The translations under genes were made by a program, and so were the position numbers. The notes under the pieces are model-generated. The model saw nothing but the letters and a program-made list of their open reading frames with translations. It made no database searches and was not told the DNA's origin. This document shows positions 1 to 6,600 of a DNA stretch of 31,303 nt, in pieces. Where the stretch lies: IMG/VR virus record IMGVR_UViG_3300030397_000744, positions 1 through 31,303 of that record. The stretch is one strand, 5' to 3'. The stretch's first letter is position 1. Every line of letters begins with the position of its first letter. The stretch is from a virus (Duplodnaviria; Caudoviricetes).

Positions 1-17
1 GTTTCCCAGTCACGATC
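1..17 (+). other. Random-amplification (Round A/B, SISPA-type) primer tag; library artefact
   Basis: The first 17 nt, GTTTCCCAGTCACGATC, are the fixed part of the widely used primer GTTTCCCAGTCACGATC-N9. The tag sits exactly at the contig end and truncates an ORF. Confidence 0.9.
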
Positions 18-84
18 CCAGTACGCCGATATTCACCAAAATTACCGCAATAATCCCACCCATCTTTGCACAAAAATTTGCCAT
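18..84 (-). CDS. Partial small hydrophobic protein (MANFCAKMGGIIAVILVNIGVL...), truncated by the primer tag
   Basis: ATG at 84 preceded by GGAGG; follows the 107..307 ORF on the same strand and runs into the primer tag. Confidence 0.55.
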
Positions 85-106
85 AATTATTCCTCCGTAT
101 CAAAAA

Positions 107-307
107 TTAATCTGCCTTGGTTTCCTGTTTTATCTCTCGAATTAGGTCATTTTTAGCATGAACTGTTAGCAATACTAAAATCAATCCTCCGTTTAGGTGT
201 ATGTGCCCGACCTGCCTACCTAGGGATATTTCAAGCATTGCAACGGCTATCATTACACTTGCTGAAATCCCCATGAATCTTAGATAATACAGTTTTCTCT
301 TGTCCAT
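107..307 (-). CDS. Hypothetical small membrane protein (66 aa)
   Basis: AAGGA upstream; two hydrophobic stretches; co-directional with neighbours. Confidence 0.65.
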   Translation of the reverse strand: MDKRKLYYLRFMGISASVMIAVAMLEISLGRQVGHIHLNGGLILVLLTVHAKNDLIREIKQETKAD

Positions 308-332
308 AATCGCGATTCCTTTCCACTGGGTA

Positions 333-521
333 TTATTGCAACATTCCGATATATGATGCGCTTGTCTCTATTCCATCGACCTTGTTCACATAGATATAAT
401 CAGATTGCTCGTAGTACCAATCCGGTATTGCAGTAGTTGTAAAATTATCCGTTTTCCTGTACACGTCCGTGGTGTTCAGTGGCGTTGCACCTTGCTCCGT
501 GTGTGAGTATTCGTATGGCAT
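333..521 (-). CDS. Hypothetical protein (62 aa, Thr/Tyr-rich)
   Basis: AAGGAG/AGGA upstream of the ATG; fits the tightly packed minus-strand gene string. Confidence 0.6.
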   Translation of the reverse strand: MPYEYSHTEQGATPLNTTDVYRKTDNFTTTAIPDWYYEQSDYIYVNKVDGIETSASYIGMLQ

Positions 522-530
522 AGCCTATTC

Positions 531-641
531 CTAACTCCTTGCTTCGTTGATGATGATGAAATAGCAGTTGTTCGTGCTAGTAGGCGAACTAGTGTATCTG
601 TCTTCGCCGCTGTAGACGGTGGTTTTTTCCTGTTCGTCCAT
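531..641 (-). CDS. Hypothetical micro-protein (36 aa, MDEQEKTTVYSGEDRY...)
   Basis: Read manually (below the ORF-track cutoff). AGGGGG upstream; fills the gap between 652 and 521. Confidence 0.5.
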   Translation of the reverse strand: MDEQEKTTVYSGEDRYTSSPTSTNNCYFIIINEARS

Positions 642-651
642 GCCTTTCCCC

Positions 652-924
652 CTATGCTGGACTAATCCAGGCCGTTGTTTTGGCCTTCGGGTAAATCGTT
701 ACATTGTTAGACTCGACATACTTCTCCTTCGGATCCATTGCCTCGATCTTGTAGCAACCGAAAAATTCGTCGAGTATTTCGGCGCTTCTGCCTTGCATAT
801 GTGCGTGCTTGACTTCCGCTATATGTTGCAATAGTTCGAGTAAGCCGTGGGTGTATATGCCTTTGCCATCGCCGCTCATGGTTTTACAAGCGTTCGTTAT
901 CATTCCTTCCAGATCTACGTTCAT
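652..924 (-). CDS. Hypothetical protein (90 aa, start re-assigned to MNVDLEG)
   Basis: ATG at 924 has GGAG 7 nt upstream within the conserved repeat; the track start at 942 lacks an RBS. Confidence 0.7.
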   Translation of the reverse strand: MNVDLEGMITNACKTMSGDGKGIYTHGLLELLQHIAEVKHAHMQGRSAEILDEFFGCYKIEAMDPKEKYVESNNVTIYPKAKTTAWISPA

Positions 925-965
925 ATCTTTGCTCCAATCCATCCGCGCAACCTTATACGGTTGCT
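922..965 (-). repeat. Hairpin-RBS-ATG element, copy C
   Basis: Minus strand AGCAACC-GTATAA-GGTTGC-GC-GGATGGATT-GGAGCAAAGATATG. Confidence 0.85.
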
Positions 966-1069
966 ACCTTGTATATCCTTACACCTGCTACCAAACCCGC
1001 TTCTGCGTACAGGGTGTGATCTACTATCCATGTTTCTTCTTTGCTGTCGTTTTCGCCTGTTCCGGCCAT
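953..1069 (-). CDS. Hypothetical micro-protein (38 aa, MAGTGENDSKEETW...)
   Basis: Starts at the ATG of repeat copy B (GGAG 7 nt upstream); its TAA lies in the loop of copy C. Confidence 0.6.
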   Translation of the reverse strand: MAGTGENDSKEETWIVDHTLYAEAGLVAGVRIYKVATV

Positions 1070-1111
1070 ATCTTTGCTCCGTTTCAGTCTGCGCAAGCTT
1101 GTACGCTTGCT
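1067..1111 (-). repeat. Hairpin-RBS-ATG element, copy B
   Basis: Minus strand AGCAAGC-GTACAA-GCTTGC-GC-AGACTGAAAC-GGAGCAAAGATATG. Confidence 0.85.
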
Positions 1112-1257
1112 ATCTCGTTTTCGATAATATCCGCGGTTTTGTCGATCCCGATCTCGACGCACATTGCTAGCACAACGAGAGTCTTTCCCGTACCGCAGTA
1201 ATTTTGACTCTGGCATTTTCCGCATTTGCTTAGATGATTTTGCCAAGCCTGTTTCAT
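1084..1257 (-). CDS. Small Cys/His protein, possible zinc binder (57 aa, MKQAWQNHLSKCGKCQSQNYCGTGKTL...)
   Basis: Read manually. Starts at the ATG of repeat copy A; HxxxCxxCx5C motif; TGA lies inside copy B. Confidence 0.65.
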   Translation of the reverse strand: MKQAWQNHLSKCGKCQSQNYCGTGKTLVVLAMCVEIGIDKTADIIENEIASVQACAD

Positions 1258-1298
1258 GTCTTCGCTCCAATATATTCGCGCAAGCTTTTACGCTTGCT
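1255..1298 (-). repeat. Hairpin-RBS-ATG element, copy A
   Basis: Minus strand AGCAAGC-GTAAAA-GCTTGC-GC-GAATATATT-GGAGCGAAGACATG. Confidence 0.85.
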
Positions 1299-1301
1299 TC
1301 A

Positions 1302-1886
1302 CTAATACCCTAATTTGTTGTACAATATTGAAAAATCTTGCAGGTCAACGCCTAGCATAGCTGTTATCCATAATGCTAGATTTAGAGCTTGCCTGCGATT
1401 TAGCCTCTTTCCTGCGAAAATAATATCTGTGTTTTGACCACCAACTGTGTGCATATTTGATAGGTCTAGCTCTTTCCATTCCTCGCTTAGTTCGCAAGGC
1501 TCATCCACTATTTTTTGCGTCTCTTGTGCATCTTGAGGATTTTCCTTTGCAACATTTGCAATATGTTCTTTTGCGGCTTCTGCTTCAGGATGCGGATATT
1601 GGTGCATCATCCAGTCGCCAGATATCGCCCATTTTATTGATCGCTTTACGTGGTTATACTCAGCACTCGCTTGCTCTGCCGTTATAAATATGAAAGTCCA
1701 CGATCTCTTTCCTGAATATATAGAAAAGGAGCTGCCGTATTTTTCTATATGATTCACCTCCAGCGGGTTTATTAGCAATTCTATAGACTTAATACTCTCC
1801 ACATGATTGCCATTTTGAGATATTGTGATCTCGTCCAGTTTTCCATCAACCAGCATCTTTAGCTCTAGCATTCCTTGCTTTTCCAT
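1302..1886 (-). CDS. Hypothetical protein (194 aa)
   Basis: AGGAG RBS; long ORF with normal composition; no family recognised. Confidence 0.8.
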   Translation of the reverse strand: MEKQGMLELKMLVDGKLDEITISQNGNHVESIKSIELLINPLEVNHIEKYGSSFSIYSGKRSWTFIFITAEQASAEYNHVKRSIKWAISGDWMMHQYPHPEAEAAKEHIANVAKENPQDAQETQKIVDEPCELSEEWKELDLSNMHTVGGQNTDIIFAGKRLNRRQALNLALWITAMLGVDLQDFSILYNKLGY

Positions 1887-1895
1887 TATATTCTC

Positions 1896-2012
1896 CTATT
1901 TGAAAAATATGTAAGCGACTACGTAGATAAACATTAGTAAGCTCATAAAGTCTAGCTTGCTGTTGATTCCAGCAAGAACTATCTTGAAATCTTTTATATC
2001 CTGTTCGGTCAT
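1896..2012 (-). CDS. Small membrane protein (38 aa, MTEQDIKDFKIVL...), start re-assigned
   Basis: TTGGAGCAAGAGATG RBS/start resembles the 3' half of the repeat element; hydrophobic C-terminus. Confidence 0.6.
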   Translation of the reverse strand: MTEQDIKDFKIVLAGINSKLDFMSLLMFIYVVAYIFFK

Positions 2013-2065
2013 CTCTTGCTCCAAAATTTCCCTACCTTTGCAGGGCTGTGTAGTACTCAAGGAGT

Positions 2066-2099
2066 ACGTGTCTGATTCAATAAGCACGTGTCTGATTCA
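2066..2099. repeat. Direct repeat 2x ACGTGTCTGATTCA, 20-bp period
   Basis: Exact 14-mers at 2066-2079 and 2086-2099, each followed by (C)ATAAG. Confidence 0.85.
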
Positions 2100-2103
2100 C
2101 ATA

Positions 2104-2400
2104 AGTAAGGTATAGGCTTACTGCTAAAATATTGCCTCCCACCCAAACCAGGGAGGCATTGTAAAACCGTTAATCTGTATAAAGTTGTATCATATTGTTT
2201 CGTAAGTCCTCCTAGGATAGAAAATATGTGAATAACTACGATTTTTCCTATTGCGACGAGCAACAGTGTTTTCATGAAAAATTAACCTACTTACGTTTCG
2301 GTTATAGGCCGAAATTATCACCCCTATTCGGGGTGGTATAGCTTTGTACTAACAGAAACATATCTGTTATAGGCAGATATGCTGCCCCTGTTGCGGGGCA
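2104..2400 (-). ncRNA. Candidate structured non-coding RNA or cis-element with three paired-hairpin units
   Basis: Hairpins at 2104-2122, 2133-2158, 2296-2314, 2319-2335, 2359-2381 and 2383-2400, plus a long-range stem 2201-2207/2289-2295. Three hairpins share the loop CCUAUA(A/C). Strand is inferred from the flanking genes. Confidence 0.55.
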
Positions 2401-2409
2401 TGGGGTTAT

Positions 2410-2739
2410 CTATGCAAAACCTTCGCCTGTTTCAAACAACACCCATTTTTCGGGGCCTTGTCTTTGCCATTTACCAGCGCGAAGTGGTAAGTCTAAGCGA
2501 ATCTGCCAATCGTTGTTGGGGTCTTGCGCGGCTTCCTTCTCGATATCTGCGAGAGTCTTGTTTTCCTCCCAAGGCTTATCCATCTCCTCCTCGAAATATT
2601 CCTCGCCGTTCTTTAGCACGACGTAGCCGCCAAAAGCGTTATATAGAACAGTGTCTAGTGCAAGATGGCTCTCTGTATTTGGGCAGCACAAGCATGGCCC
2701 GTGTGCGGTTTGTAAAGGTTTTTTGATCTCGTAGCTCAT
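2410..2739 (-). CDS. Conserved phage hypothetical protein (109 aa, CLCC motif, C-terminal ...WQRQG..W.L.E..EGFA)
   Basis: GAGG RBS; resembles a recurrent phage family of unknown function (from memory, not searched). Confidence 0.8.
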   Translation of the reverse strand: MSYEIKKPLQTAHGPCLCCPNTESHLALDTVLYNAFGGYVVLKNGEEYFEEEMDKPWEENKTLADIEKEAAQDPNNDWQIRLDLPLRAGKWQRQGPEKWVLFETGEGFA

Positions 2740-2837
2740 TTTTGCAACCTCGCTTTCATCTTAGATTTTCGTGTAATACGCAGGGGTATTCTCAAGTAGT
2801 ACAGTATTGATACTTTTGCAATAGGTGCTATTTTCAT
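2736..2837 (-). CDS. Basic micro-protein (33 aa, MKIAPIAKVSILYYLRIPLRITRKSKMKARLQK)
   Basis: GGAGGT RBS; ATGA overlaps with both neighbours, suggesting translational coupling. Confidence 0.55.
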   Translation of the reverse strand: MKIAPIAKVSILYYLRIPLRITRKSKMKARLQK

Positions 2838-3853
2838 GCTGATACCTCCGCGGGGTCTTTGTGTTCTGCTGTATTAGGCGTATTGTCGAACAGATCCGAT
2901 TGCTCCTCTTGTTCCTTGAATATGTTTGCAGCAGCCTTTGACTTAAGATGCAAATCTGTGTGGTATACATTGCGGTCATTCGCAAGTATACGCAGGTATT
3001 GCCGTGGGTTAGTGTATTCCTTGCCGTTGGAATCTGTCATGGTGTCGGCTTCTCGAATCTGATTCCACGTGAAGCTCTCGTACATTTCACCATCTTTTAT
3101 GATATTTGCTTTTGCAATAGGGAATGGCTTATTGCACCACTTTGCAAAATTTTCTTCGTACCACTTCACTTTTTCGTTGTCGGGTATTGGGTTGAGGATT
3201 TTTTCAATATAGGAAAAATCAGGAACAAATTTGTCCGGTAATGATTTTTCAAATGGACTATGTCGGTGTTTTTCTGTTATAGCTAGGCGGTTTTGGTATT
3301 CGTCTCTGGTTAGGTGCAATATAACGTCGAATTCGTAGAGAGTCTTCTTTACCTCGATAGCCATTCGAGGTACTTCGTTGTATTTAGTCTTCTCGTACTG
3401 GCTTTTTTTCTCCTCCTCCTCTTGCTTATATGCTTCGCGCACTGTAAAAACTATATTCATGTCCAAGTCACGAAGCATACCGAGAAACCTCATCCAATTA
3501 TTTTTGATGATTCTCCATTCCCATATAGCAATATTATCTTTTTGTACTTGCCTCATGTAGCTATCAACTACCATATCCCAAACTGTGCTGGCTGAATCAA
3601 TCACAAGTGTTTCAAAATCATGCTTTTGGGTTTTTAGGAATGTGAGAGCTTCATTGATTCTCTCAAAAGAATCATCATCTGAGGAATTTACATGAAATAT
3701 CGCTTGACCAAAATTCTCTTGGTGTGCCCCTTCTCTATCAGTTGCAATCATGCAAACCTTTGGCATTTGCAAAGCTAGGTATGTTTTCCCTGTTCCATAT
3801 TGGCCCCAAAAAAGGAGCCAAAGGTTACTGGCTTTTGTCCCTTTTGCAAACAT
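2834..3853 (-). CDS. AAA_24 / Sak4-like ATPase (putative single-strand annealing recombinase)
   Basis: Walker A GQYGTGKT, Walker B LVIDS, and a downstream YEFDVILHL motif typical of phage Sak4-like ATPases. Confidence 0.8.
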   Translation of the reverse strand: MFAKGTKASNLWLLFWGQYGTGKTYLALQMPKVCMIATDREGAHQENFGQAIFHVNSSDDDSFERINEALTFLKTQKHDFETLVIDSASTVWDMVVDSYMRQVQKDNIAIWEWRIIKNNWMRFLGMLRDLDMNIVFTVREAYKQEEEEKKSQYEKTKYNEVPRMAIEVKKTLYEFDVILHLTRDEYQNRLAITEKHRHSPFEKSLPDKFVPDFSYIEKILNPIPDNEKVKWYEENFAKWCNKPFPIAKANIIKDGEMYESFTWNQIREADTMTDSNGKEYTNPRQYLRILANDRNVYHTDLHLKSKAAANIFKEQEEQSDLFDNTPNTAEHKDPAEVSA

Positions 3854-5211
3854 TACACACCTACTTTCTTGAAAGGATTAGTGGGGGCTGTGATCTTTTT
3901 AAACCCAAACAGTTGTTTTTTAGGTGCTGTCTTTTCTTGGATTGGCTCAATATCTATTACGGTAGGTGCTTGTGGTTGTGGATTATTGAAATGTTGCGAT
4001 AAGTCACACATTGCGCGGTGTCCAACACGTGCGGTTTTTCTCCATGAATCACGATCTTCTTGCAATTTTTCGATCTTCTTTTCTTTGTCTAATATTAGAG
4101 AATGTGCGCTATCAAGACGTTTTTCTTGCATCGCTATTTTCTGCGATTGTTCGCGAATAATTTTGGCGAGAGCTTCGTTTTCCTCTTTTGCATTTTTCGC
4201 TGATTCTTCTGCTTTTTCAAGGCGTTTGGTAAGGATTGCGTTTTTTTGCTCTTGTATGGCTAGATCTTTTGCCTCATTAACCATATCAGTTAGGGCAGCG
4301 ACTTTGTCCTTCAGTTTGTCGTTTTCGGTTTCTAGCTGCTCAATCCTATCACGCAGCTCCTCGTTTTCGACATCCATATTCGTTGATCGTTCGATCTCAT
4401 CCTGTAGGAGTTTTTTGAGACGGTCTACCTCGTTGATAAGGCTTGCGTTATCCTCTGTTGCTTGTTCGTAATCTGCTGCAAGCTCCGAGTTTTGTTTTTG
4501 CAGATCTGCAATTTTCTCATCCAACATCTCGCATTCTTTGACGTGGTGATCCAGGTCAGACTGAGCAGCTTCGCGGCGTGTTTCTGTCCACTCCAGTTTT
4601 TCTTGCAACTGTTCGTTTTCGTGCAAAAGTCTTTCGTTTTCGTTTGTTAATCCACGTTTTTCAGCAGATAGAGCCATATTTTCTTTTTGCAATTTTGTTA
4701 TAATTGTGTCTTCAGACTCGCGCTTTTCAATGCATTTTTCGGTGGGGCAATGGATAGCATCTTGCAATTCTTGTTTCCAAGATTGTTTGCTCTGTTTCTG
4801 TTCGGGTTGTGGGGTATCTCGATTTACCAGCGTTGCTTTGACCTTGGCCTTAAACTTGCGTTTTGGAGGCATGTCGATAAATACATCTTCCTCTGTTTCC
4901 AAGGGAGTATCCTCATGGGTGCTACCTTCTGTATTCGATTTATACGGCTGCTTTTTGATTTTCTTATACAAAGCGCGAAATTTGTCATCCACCGTAAAAA
5001 TGCAAGCTTGGTCATTGTATCGCGTTAGTTTTTCTGTACGGCCCCAGGTGTATACTGCACTTTTCGATCTGCCGAAAAGCTCCATAACATTTTTCAGGCA
5101 CATTGTTTCCACGTTTTTCTCCTTTTTTTCGGCAGATGCATTAGCGAGATAATTGTCTCGGATGCTGCATTTTTTCGGTTTTTCGTTGCGATTTTGTTCA
5201 GTTTTGTACAT
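3853..5211 (-). CDS. N-terminal HTH plus long coiled-coil protein (452 aa)
   Basis: LKNVMELFGRSKSAVYTWGR is HTH-like; about 220 aa of E/K/L heptads; first gene after the promoter. Confidence 0.75.
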   Translation of the reverse strand: MYKTEQNRNEKPKKCSIRDNYLANASAEKKEKNVETMCLKNVMELFGRSKSAVYTWGRTEKLTRYNDQACIFTVDDKFRALYKKIKKQPYKSNTEGSTHEDTPLETEEDVFIDMPPKRKFKAKVKATLVNRDTPQPEQKQSKQSWKQELQDAIHCPTEKCIEKRESEDTIITKLQKENMALSAEKRGLTNENERLLHENEQLQEKLEWTETRREAAQSDLDHHVKECEMLDEKIADLQKQNSELAADYEQATEDNASLINEVDRLKKLLQDEIERSTNMDVENEELRDRIEQLETENDKLKDKVAALTDMVNEAKDLAIQEQKNAILTKRLEKAEESAKNAKEENEALAKIIREQSQKIAMQEKRLDSAHSLILDKEKKIEKLQEDRDSWRKTARVGHRAMCDLSQHFNNPQPQAPTVIDIEPIQEKTAPKKQLFGFKKITAPTNPFKKVGV

Positions 5212-5242
5212 AATTAAAATAGCCTTTCTTGGCGAAGGGTTT

Positions 5243-5283
5243 AAAAAGATCGGGAAACTCTCCAGGTGAACCGGTCTTTTTTT
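5243..5283. terminator. Imperfect hairpin with A and T tracts; possible terminator or attenuator in the leader
   Basis: AAAAAGATCGG-N17-CCGGTCTTTTTTT, lying between the promoter (5297) and the ATG (5211). Confidence 0.4.
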
Positions 5284-5296
5284 GGTTTATGCTTTA

Positions 5297-5324
5297 ATTA
5301 TATCACGTTGTTAAAATTTTGCAA
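5297..5324 (-). promoter_or_regulatory. Sigma70-type promoter with extended -10
   Basis: Minus strand TTGCAA-N16-TATAAT with TGn extension (TGATATAAT) and an AT-rich upstream tract. Confidence 0.7.
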
Positions 5325-5354
5325 CAACAAAATAAAAAAATATGTAAAATTTTT

Positions 5355-5645
5355 TCAACTATGTTTCCTCATCACATGATCATGCAATCCCTGTTTTTCT
5401 AGAAACATGTCAATCTTTTTTTTCATATCTCTGAGGTTGGGAGATACGACTGTTTTAACCTTGCCCTGTATTCTCTGAAAAGCCCTGTAGCCTTTGTATT
5501 CTATATTGTTTGATTTATAAGTGTACGGATTTATATTGAACCCCAAGTAACCTGTTTTTAGCAGATATTGGCAAGATTTTTCAAGCTCATCTGTCCAAAA
5601 TTTTAGCTTTCTACGCGCTTCTATTTCGCTTATCGAATTATGCAT
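5355..5645 (-). CDS. Hypothetical basic protein (96 aa)
   Basis: GAGG RBS and a promoter directly upstream. Confidence 0.75.
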   Translation of the reverse strand: MHNSISEIEARRKLKFWTDELEKSCQYLLKTGYLGFNINPYTYKSNNIEYKGYRAFQRIQGKVKTVVSPNLRDMKKKIDMFLEKQGLHDHVMRKHS

Positions 5646-5691
5646 GTTATGATAACCTCAATAAAATTTTTGACATGTTTTGTATGCAAAA

Positions 5692-5719
5692 ATTATACAA
5701 CTGCGCGGAAATATTGCAA
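5692..5719 (-). promoter_or_regulatory. Sigma70-type promoter
   Basis: Minus strand TTGCAA-N16-TATAAT, with the same hexamers and spacing as 5297..5324. Confidence 0.65.
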
Positions 5720-5748
5720 TAAAAAAATCCCTGGGGGATACCAGGGAT
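5720..5748 (-). terminator. Rho-independent terminator after the pilin gene
   Basis: Minus strand ATCCCTGG-N6-CCAGGGAT followed by a T-run. Confidence 0.8.
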
Positions 5749-5789
5749 GCGGAAAACTACGAAGGTATGTGCCGTTCGTGTATGGAAAA

Positions 5790-6518
5790 TTAGTCTAATT
5801 CTGTCCAAGTCGCTCCAGCCTCATCAACCTCTCCATTTTTCATGGGCTTAAAATTTCCAGCAAAAAGTACTGCGTCATCTGAGCCATTAACCCCCGTATC
5901 AATTCCGCTATTAAATACAGGTGTAGTGGCAGCATTGCGCCCGTCGAAAAAAGCAGCCCCGGTTCCATCGTTGTTTGCAGTGGAAAGAACATCGCCGCCT
6001 TGATCTATCGCAAATGCACGAATACCTGTAGTTTCTGCTGACGTTGGCCAAGCAAAAATTCGAAATTTTTGTTCTTGCAAGTCAATTATTGCAGCATCAT
6101 TAGAAGCGGGTCTCTCTGCTGCGGCATCGTCTTGGATATCCCCAGGAAGAAAGCACTTGTACAGGTAGCCAGATTTATCACCAATACCATCACCTGCTAG
6201 ATTTGGAGCAAGGCCAGCAGTAATAAATGCTGGGTCTGCAACTTCACCAGAGACAGCTAGGGTTTTTATTCCACCGAGTTCATCTAGCAAACCATATTCT
6301 CCAGATCCATCTAGATCCTGATTGACTAGAGATTGTTGTTGAAATTGAACTTCTGATGTTGAGATAGATCGTAAGCTTCCGATAGCTGAGCTTTCATTTG
6401 ATGAGATTCTAGCACGAAGCAAACCAGGAATGGCAATTGCTGCGATGATAGCAATAATGGCTACCACAATCATCAATTCAATGAGGGTGAAACCTCTTTT
6501 TCTATTTGTCGATATCAT
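5790..6518 (-). CDS. Type IV pilin-like protein (prepilin N-terminal cleavage/methylation domain)
   Basis: Class III signal peptide MISTNRKRG|FTLIELMIVVAIIAIIAAIAIP with Glu+5, followed by LLRARISSNESSAIGSLRSI; AAGGAG RBS. Confidence 0.92.
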   Translation of the reverse strand: MISTNRKRGFTLIELMIVVAIIAIIAAIAIPGLLRARISSNESSAIGSLRSISTSEVQFQQQSLVNQDLDGSGEYGLLDELGGIKTLAVSGEVADPAFITAGLAPNLAGDGIGDKSGYLYKCFLPGDIQDDAAAERPASNDAAIIDLQEQKFRIFAWPTSAETTGIRAFAIDQGGDVLSTANNDGTGAAFFDGRNAATTPVFNSGIDTGVNGSDDAVLFAGNFKPMKNGEVDEAGATWTELD

Positions 6519-6537
6519 TCAAGTTCTCCTTGAAAAT

Positions 6538-6556
6538 GCCTATCTCAGAGATAGGC
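6538..6556. promoter_or_regulatory. Perfect dyad GCCTATCTC-A-GAGATAGGC upstream of the pilin RBS
   Basis: 9-bp arms, about 6 nt before the AAGGAG, flanked by T-rich sequence on both strands. Confidence 0.55.
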
Positions 6557-6600
6557 TGTTTTGTGTTTTAAGTGAAATTAATTGCGAGATTTGAAATTGC

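Noticed and set aside
953-1270. 105-aa ORF (MERRHETG...) in the ORF track
   Set aside because: TTG start without an RBS and an R/K-skewed off-frame N-terminal part. It is better explained by two ORFs (1084-1257 and 953-1069), each with a GGAG RBS.
922-1298. CRISPR array or integron attC interpretation of the three repeats
   Set aside because: The intervening sequences are long (~100 and ~145 nt), unequal and protein-coding; no cas or integrase gene; no attC R-box/L-box structure recognised.
2057-2275. 72-aa ORF across the structured segment
   Set aside because: No convincing RBS, overlaps several hairpins and the direct repeat, and has no recognisable protein features. Not fully excluded.
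2104-2400. tRNA, group I intron or hammerhead ribozyme
   Set aside because: No cloverleaf or T-loop, no recognisable P7 core, no CUGANGA core, and no interrupted gene.
5670-5699. Plus-strand TTGACA with a TATACA-like -10 as a convergent promoter
   Set aside because: Poor -10 match and no downstream plus-strand gene; AT-rich chance match is likely.
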